A stretch of DNA of 64,000 bases from Utricularia gibba (lineage: Eukaryota; Plantae; Magnoliophyta): NCBI GenBank assembly GCA_002189035.1, contig NEEC01000019.1:930001-994000 (forward strand). The letters are read 5' to 3'. Shown here one piece after another: positions 25,830-37,500 of the stretch. Below the pieces are notes generated by a model. It worked only from the letters and a program-made list of their open reading frames with translations. It had not been told where the DNA came from and made no database searches. Each line of letters opens with the position of its first letter. Position 1 is the first letter of the stretch. The position numbers and the translations under genes are program-made.

Positions 25830-26420
25830 TCAAGGATTCGCTGGCGGAGAGAGGTTAAGATCTAAATTGAGTGGAGATTTCGGCCGATCGGCGACGGCGG
25901 ACGAAGAATCCGACTCGCTTTCAACGGCTGCTTCGGCTAACCGGCGGCATCTCATTCTATTCATCATATCGACGATTTCCTGCCGCGACTCCGCACGGAG
26001 ATGCAGCAACGGCGTTTTCGGTGGCGGAGTTTCAGAGCAGGAGTTAATTTGAGGGAATCGTTGGCGTTGGCTTCCCAGAGTAAGCTCCAGAAGAGGGGAA
26101 TCCGGCGCGGCGGTCTCCACCTCGCTGCTATTGCTAGGGCTACGATTATCGACGAAACAATCATGCCGATCCATCTCGAATCCGGACGGCGGCGGCGGAA
26201 AATTCGTCTTAGCCTTCGGTCCGCGAAATTGGCGCGCGGCGTCGTCGTACGCCTTCGCCGCTTCCTCCGCGGAATCGAAGGTTCCGAGCCAGACACGGCT
26301 CTTCTTGGTTGGATCTCTGATCTCGGCCGCGAACCTGCCCCATGGCCGTTTTCTGACTCCACGAAAATGCGCACCGCCGCCGCCGCTAACCGCCGCCGCA
26401 AGTTTTGGCCTCGAGGCCAT
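25830..26420 (-). CDS. Class II (group VIII) ERF repressor, ERF4/ERF9/ERF11 type, 196 aa, intronless
   Basis: AP2 domain [36 protein letters not shown] box, and C-terminal EAR motif [10 protein letters not shown]. Tandem with ERF12 as in Arabidopsis ERF11/ERF12. Confidence 0.92.
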   Translation of the reverse strand: MASRPKLAAAVSGGGGAHFRGVRKRPWGRFAAEIRDPTKKSRVWLGTFDSAEEAAKAYDDAARQFRGPKAKTNFPPPPSGFEMDRHDCFVDNRSPSNSSEVETAAPDSPLLELTLGSQRQRFPQINSCSETPPPKTPLLHLRAESRQEIVDMMNRMRCRRLAEAAVESESDSSSAVADRPKSPLNLDLNLSPPANP

Positions 26421-26482
26421 CGGATTCGAACGCAATCCGTGGGCTTGTCGGGTTATCATCAAGGACTTGGGCGGAAGCGTAA

Positions 26483-26525
26483 TTTATATATAAAAAGAAT
26501 CGGGATGGGGCTCACGCTCCACGTG
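26483..26525 (-). promoter_or_regulatory. TATA box and G-box of the second ERF
   Basis: TATATATAAA on minus at 26483-26492, about 65 bp upstream of the ATG; CACGTG at 26520-26525. Confidence 0.6.
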
Positions 26526-26856
26526 GCGCGATGCAGGTGTCGGCGGGGTACGTGGGAAGCCAGAGGACTCTGCCGCTCAGACCTCTGCATGCCCCCGTCT
26601 TGTCCCTCAACTCTCTCTATTACTACATAACGAAGCCCATCTGGACTCTATGGGCTGGGCTGGCCGGCCCATTAAGACGAACTACCAAAACTTGAATATA
26701 TGTGAGGAAGTTAAAAAGAACTTCGAAACGATGTACTATAAATATCGTAAATCCGAACAATTGAATAATATGGTACATGTGTTATTTGTTTGAACAAAAT
26801 TACTTGAATACAATCATACCAGTACTAATACATCGAATTTTGACAAATCTAAAGTA

Positions 26857-27077
26857 GTGTTCTAAAAAATTTTTGGAAATTGTTTTTACTTTTTAAAATT
26901 ATTTTTTAAAATAAAAATAAAAAGTAAAATTAACAAACTACTTATTTTTTTCAAAAATAACTTTTGTAAGTTTAAAAGTGTTTTTGATAGAATTATTTTT
27001 ACAATTAAAAATGTTCTAAAATAAAATTATTTTTATTTTAAAAAATAGAAATAGATTTTAAAAATTTTTGAGAACAC
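26857..27077. mobile_element. MITE (~220 bp) with TA flanks
   Basis: Left TAGTGTTCTAAAAAATTTTT versus reverse complement of right end TAGTGTTCTCAAAAATTTTT (19/20). TA on both sides; AT-rich non-coding interior. Confidence 0.75.
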
Positions 27078-27360
27078 TAATTAAGACTTGTTTAAACAAA
27101 ATGAATACTAGAATGCATGATCTATTAGATTACCCCATAGTTTCAATCCTAAACTATTTTGTGTTTAGAAAACTATTATTTTTTTGTTATAATTTGCGAG
27201 TGAATTCTGTGGTTTAATGTTCTTTTTAAAAAATGTTTTTTAATATTTTTAAAAATGGACTTAAATATTAAAAACGAGGAGCAGCACCATAAAATAAAAT
27301 AAAGAAAGTTAAAACATTCTGATCATGGAACAACAGGGACAAGGTGAAAATCTTGCTGCT

Positions 27361-27950
27361 TCAAGGCCAGTTTACATTCTCTGCATTTCTCAGGAACTGG
27401 CCGCCGGTCAATTGATCATCGTTCTGTCCCTCGTTTCCTCCGAAACCCTCAACCTCGGCAACGTATCTGGAATCCACTAAACTGGCCTCGCCCATTCCTT
27501 CCATCTGGGTCGGGTTCCCGTCACCGGCGCCGCCGTTGAAGCTAAAATTTTTTTCAAAACATCGAAGTCTAGTTAAGCCAGTTCACGTATTAAGCTGCTA
27601 AATTGTCCAAATCAGGAGGTACCTGTCGTCGCCGTAGGTTTGCTCCTCGTCGAACTCCAGTGTTTCATTCAGATCTTCTTGCTGCACTTCAGCGCTGTCG
27701 CTCTCGGGGATCTCGTCCTCGGTGCCGGAGGAGGCATCGAATGTATCGTCGCGTTGGGGGAGGAACATGGACTCCTCCTGCTGCTGCGGCGGCATGTGAT
27801 CATCTTCGTCTGTGAGAAGAACGCCCTTGTTGACGGTGCTCGGGGTCTTGCTAAAGAACTGGCTGTCTCTGGAATCAGCAGCCCCAGGAGTTGGAACACG
27901 AACAGAACAAGAAGAACCAGACAAGAGACCTTGTGAAGCATGAGCGCCAT
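27361..27950 (-). CDS. Protein E6-like secreted acidic protein (169 aa if repaired); exons 27950-27623, 27541-27361; apparent 1-bp frameshift at 27882-27885
   Basis: Signal peptide MALMLHKVSCLVLLVLFVFQLLG lies in one frame and the E6-type motif SRDSQFFSK plus acidic body in another. Exon 2 gives MEGMGEASLVDSRY..NVNWP*. Syntenic with At1g28400/At2g33850 from memory. Confidence 0.7.
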
Positions 27951-28790
27951 GGATGCTCTGCAGAGATAGAAGGTATCTTCACCCCGAGTAGTTAGTTGGT
28001 AGTTACATATATAGGGCTCCTTTCGCTCTATTGAGGAGGGTAAGTAGGTTATTAAATTTAATTTATTGGGACGTAGGATAAATGAATTTAGTATTGCGAG
28101 ACAAAAAAGTATGTATATCTAAAAAAATGAAGGATAAATCAAATGAATTCATGGAGGTTAAATAGGAGACCGATGATGATATTGTATATTGATTACGGAT
28201 ATGAGAAAAAATGTATTTAAATAAAAGAATCATCATAATTTTACATAACGTATTTTCTTCGAATTGAGAGAACGATGATTGGATATTAGAAGTGGATAAT
28301 ATCATATAAGACGAATGTAGTATTTATCCTTAAGCTCGTATTTGATAATAAAACTATTTTTGGAACTCTCTAGATGAATAAAAATTTACTCTGCGACATT
28401 AGATTAGGTGCCACTCTACAAAGAAGTGCCCAGCAAATTATTGAAGGAATCTAGAGGAGTTGCATGCTTATTATCCTAAAAAAGAGAATTAGAATCAAAT
28501 GTTGATGCCGATTATACCCCTCGGGAGGGACCAATTGAGTTAGTGAGGTGGGGGTGAAAAGGTAAAACACGGCATTTACGAGTATGTGATAATGGAGATC
28601 GGTCTTTAAATTCTTGTGTCGCTTTGCCCACTATACGACACTTAATCCAAACCAATTATTTTCACGTTATTATTTCCCCTATTAAATAGCGGTATAGCCT
28701 CAGTGGAAGGCCACCCCAGTCCTTAATTGTATTATTATTCATTCCTAATAATTAATAAAGAATTAAAGTATTAATGTCATGATCCACACT

Positions 28791-29010
28791 TTTTTATTAT
28801 ATGATATTATTTGTTTTGAACATTAAAACTGTACAATTTTACATTTTCATCTTTTAAAAAAAATAACCCGTAGAACATTAAAAGAATCTTCAACATTTGT
28901 TCGAGTTTTACTTTAATATCAAATATTACGATTTATACTTTTTTTATATGATATTGTTTGTTTTAAGACATTTAAACTTTACGATTTTAATTTATTTCAT
29001 TTTTTAAAAA
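28791..29010. repeat. Two tandem copies of a ~60-bp dispersed AT-rich repeat (core TATGATATTATTTGTTTTGAA..TTAAA.TTTACGATTTT)
   Basis: Copies at about 28791-28860 and 28939-29010; related copies at about 8845-8905 and 10681-10740. Confidence 0.6.
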
Positions 29011-29558
29011 TGTCTCATATAAGGTTATAAGGATTATCATATTATTACAAAGTCCCATAACTTACAATTAATGTATCATTTATAAGATATGAAAGGTTAA
29101 TTTATATTAAAGATTTCTTTTTTACTCTCACATTCATAATGAAAACAAATTTGTGATTAGGTGAGTAGCTAATGTCATTGTATGAAAGTTTTCAATTCTA
29201 AAGATATAATGAAGAATTATTATTTTTATTTGAATTTTGCAATTCTAAAGGTATTATGTATATTTTAATAATACTTTCTACAATCAAAATATTATAAAAT
29301 ATATTTAATTGTGAAAATTTTAATAGTATTTGATATAAATTCAATTATAAATCAATCAATTGATAATCATTTCATTCTTTTTTTAAAAAATAAATCTCCA
29401 TCTCTCATTTTATTTAATATTTGAATTAAATGCAATATAATTTATTACCTCTATTTCAACATGCTTCTATAAATTATTATCTATATTCTTTAAATTACTT
29501 ATAAACCAAAAAAGGTATAAATCATTGATTTTATGGCAATTTGCAGCGGAGCTCAAGC

Positions 29559-32500
29559 TCAGGACGCGCCGCCGTGATGATAAAGACTGGGTTTTTGTTC
29601 TTCCGAACTGTTGGGATTGACAACAAGATTGCTCAAAAAATGAGGAATCCGCAATACAGAGACACAAGGGAGGGAAGAGGGAAACAAGGCCACTTGTACT
29701 GCGTACTGCGTCTTCCTCGATTCAATCGCTGTAATCACCGGACACACCGGAGTTTCCTCGTTCCTGGGGCCGATGTCTTCGTCCTCCATTGACTCCCCCT
29801 CGTCTTTGATTTCCTCCGCATTCTCAGCATCGTCGTCGTAGCCGTTTTCGATCTGGGTGTCGTAGCCGCGGCTGCGGTTTGGGGTAAAACTGTAGCCTGC
29901 GGCATCCCACCTTTCAGCGCCGTCCGTACCCGCGTTACCGTTCTCATCGGTGTCACCGGAGTCCGAGGCGTTGCTACTGCCATCGTTCTCAACTAAAGCA
30001 TTTCTAGCGGCCAGCCTTCTGGTTTCTGCTGCAGAGCTTCTTGGCACAGGCACCCCAGTCTTAATAGCATCGTCTTTCTCCCCGAATTCGGGGATTGCCC
30101 TGTTCTCCGATCTCCGCCTCCGGACCGTCCTGCGGCCCGGCCGTGTGCTGCATGCCCTGATAACTTAACACTTCGCTGCGACTCGGTTTGCCGTGACGGG
30201 TCGCTAGCCTTGACGATCCGCCTGCTTGAAGACGCTATCGAGGATACGCCTCGTCTCTGCAACTTGGAATTCGGACGGCCACCTCGTCCATGAGCCATTT
30301 GCCTCGGCTTAAAGCTGCCGGGGGTGGCAAGAAGATGACCCCGACCTTCCTCCTTCGGGACCCCTCTGGTTTCGCGTCCTTTTCATCAACAGAATCATCC
30401 TTCCGTACGTGATTGTAACACACAGACCCATCCAGCTCCAGAAGCCTCAAAGCAACAGCAGCACTCGATTTCGGTAACCATGGAAGGTAACCAGCTGATG
30501 CAAAATAGATAGATTTGCTATCGGAAACACGCAGTGGGTCGCAGTGGCACAACAACTCTTCGGTTGTCTCAAAATCCTTAGAAATATGGTCGCGCCTTAT
30601 GGCGCCCTCGAACTGAGCAAGGACCTGCATTTCAGAACATGTAATCAAATCCAATGGAGGAGGAGGAAGCCCCTGTACACATTACAACTGTCAGCAAGTA
30701 CCTGAAAGAGATCCTCGATGGAAGAGGATTTCTGCATTTCCAAAGCCCAAGTTCTCCTGCGCTCTTCAGTCCATGAAGCATGAAGTGCCTCGAGTGGAAC
30801 AGTAGCCTGCAAAACGGCCATGGTGAACAGGGCAGCAAGGATGCCATACAGGGAAGAAGAAATGCAGGCGCATCTGAACTGAACACATACCTCGAGCAAC
30901 GTTAAGATGGCCTTGATCAATCTGACACGCAGGGGAGAGGAGTTCAACATGGAGCTTCCGGTTTCATCTGCTAAATTACTGTCACTGCTGAATCGCTCAG
31001 AAAGGCTTCCTGTCTGCATTTGGTTGCAGGAGGCACACACGCTGCCTGTGCCATCATAAGTTGTATGGCAAGCATTGCAGATTCCAAACAGAGGTTCACA
31101 CCTCTTAACTTCATGTGCCATGCTATGCAGAACAGAAGGGTTGAAGCATCCCTTGACCATCCATTCCCGTAGATCTTCATTTCTCTTCAAGAGATTAGCT
31201 ACTTCTGTTTCATTCCTTCCAGTATCAACTCTGAAGGAACATGATGATTCCAGCGCATCAAAACTTGATCCACAGACTGCACCATGATGACCATCAAACT
31301 CATCAAGTCTACAATCCACTTCACTAGTTCCTTGCTGGCTCATTTTGTGATAACTGGGAGCATTCCGCCTGTAAATTCTAATGTATTTCTTGAAGCAGTC
31401 CTCGATTTTTTTCAACATGGTATGCAAATGGGATTCCCTAATGCCACGAGTGTCCAACGACGACAAAAGAGCATCGAAAGCCTGCAAAAACATCATACTT
31501 GAGAAGAGCATTTTGATGACATATCACCAGAGGGTGCTTTCAAAAGATTAGAAAATGTCAATTACCTCCACAGAGTCCAGAAGACTCCATCTGCCATCGA
31601 CTGTTTCAACAAAAATTCTTCCTGAACCAGGATCAAGGCACGATGCTGAAGCTACAAACTGCCAATACCGATTCCGCCTCCTATCTTGACCCAAAGGCAA
31701 AGACCTGTAGGCATACTGCTCTTCTGCTATATGGCCTATGTAAGATTTAAGCTGCAAACGTGACTTCTCTGTCATGCACCCATTCTGTTGACCAGGAAAT
31801 ACAGAGAGCCCTGTAAATACATCTTGTGGAAGATTCTCAATGGGAGCATAGAGACTCTCCACCATCACAGATGGATCCTCCTTAGAAGTTGAGGCTGATG
31901 GATTGTATACTCTGTCTTCACCAATGAAAGGACTGATGCCACCTTCTGCTACAGCATTGAAAGAGTCATTGAACTTTGTCACTGTAACTTCCTCCTTCAT
32001 TCTCCGTTTGTCAAGCTGTGCTTCTGCCCACATTTGCTTCTTGAGAGCATTTGATGCATCCATCCTCTCCTGCAAACAGAGATATTATCGAAAATCAAGT
32101 AATAATGAAGGGTGTAAGTTCCTTAGAGTATTCAAAGACAGACCTCAAGAATTACACGAGTTGAGTTTCCTTCATTGGCAATTCCAATTAAAGCAACAAG
32201 AGCATTGAGACGCTCTTCAACTGATAAATCAGAGTAGTCTCCTTCTGTGAGGCCTAACACCCAGGCTTCACCAGATATGCTTTCATCAATCTCAAAACCT
32301 CGATCAGGAGCATACAACCCACCAGTATCTTCACAAGGATAAAGTGAAATATTAGAAAAAAAACACAGATAAAAGTTCTTGCCACATGCAGTAGAAATAT
32401 GGATTTTTTTTTCTAACAAAGATTACCAATGCGAGCTGCATCAACATGCAGCTTGTCTTCAAAATTACTGAAATGGGAACTCGAATCTTTGCATCCACCA

Positions 32501-35500
32501 GATTTCCCAACACTGGCAGTCATAGGGGAGGCATCAAAGTCCACACCTTCAGCAACATCACTGTCAGAATCATCATCCCTTTCTTCATCATCCGCATTTT
32601 GACCAGCTAGTAAAACATTGGCATATTTCTGTATCTTCTCCTTCGCTGCAGAAATGAGTGACGCAGCTTCAGAAGGATCCTTCCTGAATGCAGGGCGTAC
32701 ACAGTATGTTGATGGAGCAACTCTTTCAAAAAGAACTGGATCCCTAGATAATGCAACAGAGATAGAAGCCTCTGGAGTCTTGCTTGTTCTGAGGTCACGA
32801 AGTCCAGATTTCTAGAGAGAGAACATGAAATAAAATTTAGGAAGAAGATTACATTGAATAAGATAAGTAAAATGGACGTTAAAATGTACATATTCACCTG
32901 AATTTTATCTGCAAGGTCAATGACGTTTAGTCCTTTGCTTCCTTCAAGAGCAAGAACATGGTAAGCAGCAAATTTCACAGTCCCTGGAGTTAGTCGGTGT
33001 CTTGATTTACGTTGGAGAGTCAATCCTTTTTCTTGCATCATAGCAAAAGCATTTTCAGCTGCTGAGCCACTCCTCAGGGTGGAAACTACTTCCTCGCAAC
33101 CCTTAGCCTGGAAGATAACAAACGTTCAGCAAAAACGATGAGCAAATATTTTATTACTTGAAAAACTAGTAACCACTACTCAGAGAGAACCCTCTGGTAA
33201 AAAGAGACATGCATCAGCCAGATTTTATTTTCTAGTTATCATAGGGATAAACAGCGGTAAGATCACCTCATCCATCTGATTTACAGAAATATGATTGACA
33301 GCTTTTTTCTTTAACTGTGGACCAAAACCAGCAGAAAGCCCAAACTGCCTGAGAATTTCAGGCCATGTCAGCGGGTTAAGGTACTTCTGCCAATTCCTGA
33401 TGTCAAAACCCCACAAATAACCCTGAAATGGCATTGGACATAGCAGTTTCAGCATGAAATACTATAAAAGACACTTTTTGAAGTACTGCAGGAAGTAATT
33501 ACCCCTTCGACAATACGAGGATGTCCACCTTCAAAGTTTATAGCAGTATACTGATTTGTGCCTGGTCCACCTGAGGGTGTCCTCATTACATCTACGATAT
33601 CTTTGATAATGAGCTTCAGCACAGCAATGTTTATTTCACCAAGCAGTCTTGATTCCTATAAAATACACACAGAAAACTTGAAAGGCAAACAAAAAAAAAA
33701 AAGCAGAATCCAAAAAATATAAAAATCGTAGAACAATCTACAGAAAATGAAGCAGAAGCTTGGGAAGAAGTAGAGGCAGAGATTGACAAAAGAACCCAGC
33801 TCAAGGATTATGACGTTGACTGAAGCCAACTAATTGATATTGAGATACGATAGTCATGGTTAACTTACATTGTCATGAAAAGCTTGCAAGAATTCATCAA
33901 GAGTAAATGGCCAAAGTCCAAGAACATCAGCAAATGTCACACAGAATTTCCACACCTGAAGGGGAATCATTCCATGAAAATACTTTATATGCAATTCCAA
34001 ATCAATGAACATTGAGTGATACCGAGAGGCTTTTAGATTAAAAAATTGCAGCATACCATCAGAAGGTTTCCAACGTTTTTATCTGAATCCAACCATGGCT
34101 TAATGGCAAATGGCTTCCTTAATTGAACAACCCTCGGAGGAAATTGACACAAGGCATCTGGAATACACAATGCTATCATTAGCTCTATTGAGCATTGCTT
34201 ATAGAAGCCAAGTAACAACTAGCACATATCATTTAATCATCAAAACAACTATTTTCAGATACGTAACTTCCAATGTAGAAACAGAATACTACACCTAATG
34301 AAGGACAAGCGAGAGCCATGACATATTAGTTATGAAACTAACAAAAGCACACTATGGTGAAGTGGTTGAGATTCAAACAGCAGAAATTATTACATGCAAC
34401 AAAGCCCATGGAGGTGGTCATTTCTTTCAAAGAGATGCAGATGTTACTTTGACCAGCTATCACAAACCTCGGAAGGAATCAAGATTTTCCAGCGTGTCAT
34501 AATCCATAGAGAAAATCGAAGCTAGGCCATTTCTAGAAGCTGCTAGATCCATCAATTCTAGACGCTCATCCTCTATCAGCCCCATGGATTCTTTGGCAAT
34601 TCTCTGTGCTGCTGCTCTCTCCATTGCAGCCTTCTGTCTTGCTTCTTCCTTCTCCCTGCGATGCTCTTCCTTTTGCTTCCTTCTTTCTGCCTGAATAGCA
34701 CAAAATAGAAAGAGGAATGAACTTAAAACAGAATAAGGTCAACTCAAAAGACAAATCAGAGACTAGAAGAGCTGGCAGAAAATACTCTCAGCTGTTCTTT
34801 CTGCATGATTTTCTCTCTCCGCTCTATTTCACGTCTTTCCTCACGCTGCAGTCTCTCTTCCTGCCTTTGCTGCTCTTTCATGATTCGCTGCTCCTCTTTC
34901 CGTCTTTCACGATGTAGTCTTTCCTTTTCTTTTCGTAATTGCTCATCCCTCTGTTAAAAAAAAGGAGGAATGAACCAATATAATCAGGTTCAAAAATACA
35001 CATCTGCATACACATATTTTTTATGGGCACATATACATGTCATTACATGTGTCCAACTGCTTCTTCACCAATAGTAAATAAAGAAAATTGCCAACCTTTC
35101 GCCTTAGCTGGTCTTGCTTTTCAATTTCTTTACGAATTTTCTTTTCGTTGGCTTGATGAACATCTTTCCCCGTTCTAGTTTCATCACCCTATACAAAATA
35201 ATTGAAATAGATGCATTTTCAAGGAAGGACTAGAGCATAATATTATAACAATGCAGCATATTTAATCCTAGAGGTACCTTGCGCTTCCTTGCTAAATGCA
35301 AATCATCACCATTGTTTGCATTCAAATCTTCTGCAGAAGCTGAAGGAAACTGCAGCTGCTTCCCTCTTGCAGCATATGCATCAACGCATGTTTCCTGGCC
35401 TTCAGCAGCAGGTTCAAGCGACAAAGACCTATCTTCTTGCATAAGTGACAAATGCTTCGGGCATGAAACACCAAGTTCAAGATCATCCATGTAAGATTGG

Positions 35501-37500
35501 TTTGAGTGACCAAGCCTAATCTTAGCTTCCAGCATGTCATGATGAGCTACTTTTGCAGCCTGAGAATCAATTTTTTGAGATATAAGCGAATTAAATAAAA
35601 CATGGAAAATGAAACAAACCAAATAGAAAAAATGTGGCAAAGAAAGTGTTCCCTACTACGTGCATTGTATTTATACAAATAAATTTAGAAGTGGGATAAA
35701 TATAAGCAAGGAATCCTCCACCGTTCAATTAAGAAAACAGAGAAAGTTTTCTACATCAAATTTCAGAGTTTCATCACTCAATTTTTCTTTCTCATTAGTA
35801 ACTCCTGACCATGTTTGAAAAGTGTATCGGAGAATACATCTGTTCTGAATGATCAGACCATCTTAATAATATATAAACAACCACAGACACATTGAATGGA
35901 AATAAAAAATTCATATATAAGATGAGGAACTAACATTATAAGTCTTGGGATCATATGGGCTAAATAGCTTGCTGTCATATGGAAGCCGGTATCCATCTTG
36001 CAGCTCACCTGACGCTGTACATAAGCAGAAAATAGATTATTTTAAAAATTTCAAGCAGGATCCATGAAATGAACTGGGAGCATGTCAAACAATGTGGAAA
36101 CAAGGGAGCACTCGAGGTCAGCACAGATGAAGTAGATTTTTGTTTCAAAAGCAAACACAGTGATGTACTCCAAGAAAGTTTTCTTCACAAAAACCGAAAA
36201 CATACAAATAAAGCAATTCAAACAGGCCATTCTAATTCTTACACATTATTAAACTAAGCAAAAATTTCACGTGCAGCATTTATGAAAAAACAAGCACATA
36301 AAAATGCAAAATCCGGTTTTCATTCTCACAACCGTCATTACGTATTGGATGCATTCTTTTCCGATTAAAATAATTTTTTTACAGGCTTTTCTGGAGACTA
36401 TAACTCGAACGCCAAATGCATCAGAGAATCAGCACATTTGGCAATATGCATTTGCGATGTAAGATTCATGTTTACCCCTTACATAACGTCACCAATATTC
36501 CATCCATTTTGCAAATCAAAGCAGATAGACGGACATACCTATAGGGGCACCAAATGCACCAGGGGGCAGATCATCAAACTCAACTCCAAGAATAGGGCCG
36601 TCTTGTCTGATAGGCTCACCCAACTGTGCCTCCACACATGCTATGACTCTATGCTCCATGAAGGTCCCGGGTGAATCACGATGAGGAATATTTGGGGTAT
36701 CATCGTCGTTACGAAACTCACCAGAACCTGACTCAGATCCTAATGAAGACCCTGAATCAGAACCGCGTCCACTCTCAGGGTATGCTACCACCTGTTGATC
36801 TACCAAGGGCTCAGCCAAACGCCTTCTACCAACCGGTAAAGGAGTTTTCCGTTTTGTAGGTGCCACAGCCGTGGTTTCTTTCTTATCGACAGCCATTGTA
36901 TCTTTTTTATCTTTCAATCTCCTGTGACAAAACCACATTTGCAACTGTCGATCGGTCAAACCCAACTTGGCTGACAGCTCCGCACGAATCACCTCAGACG
37001 GATATGGCCCCACTGCATACATAAGAACAACAAACAAAAGAGTATCTCAATGCGACTAGAAATTCAAGAAAACACAGCTTGAGAAGATCAATGTTTCATT
37101 CAACGGCAATCATCATTCGAAGACGATTCACAGTTTTATTCATAAAATACATGAATTCAACAAAAGGAACTCTACATCAACACGTGTGACAGAAAAAAAA
37201 AAGCACAAATCATCTTCACAATGATGAGAACACCAATTGCAGATAGAGCAGTAAGAAATCGGTAATTTCGCGGATAAAGCTTCAATCTTTAATTTGGAGA
37301 AGGAAGTCCAATGCAATCAGACTTCGGGAATTGATTAGCAAACCACAAAGTATACAGAAAAGAATAATACTTGCGTAGGTCTTCTCAAGCATTTCCAACT
37401 GAAAGGGCGTCTTCATCTGCCGCTTTGGCCTCTTTGAGCCCCCCGGTGTACCTTGATTAATGTTCTTACCAATCTCATCTTCAGAACCACTCTCCATCAT
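29559..37500 (-). CDS. RLT1: Homeobox-DDT domain protein RLT1 (RINGLET1/HB-1), multi-exon; two apparent 1-bp frameshifts in the last exon
   Basis: Homeodomain KRPKRQMKTPFQLEMLEKTYA/..YPSEVIRAELSAKLGLTDRQLQMWFCHRRLKDKK, DDT (WKFCVTFADVLGLWPFTLDEF), HARE-HTH (LTPGTVKFAAYHVLALEG), WHIM (LSVEERLNALVAL), WSD (RSLPLGQDRRRNRYWQF) and LDTRGIRESHL. Confidence 0.93.

Noticed and set aside
25964-26630. Long ORFs 26001-26630 (+, 209 aa) and 25964-26401 (-, 145 aa)
   Set aside because: Antisense/alternate-frame shadows of the GC-rich ERF coding sequence; no motif of their own.
28074-28331. AGGATAAAT..ATTTATCCT inverted pair upstream of E6
   Set aside because: Only 9 bp, AT-rich, no TSD, and the motif recurs internally; could be chance.
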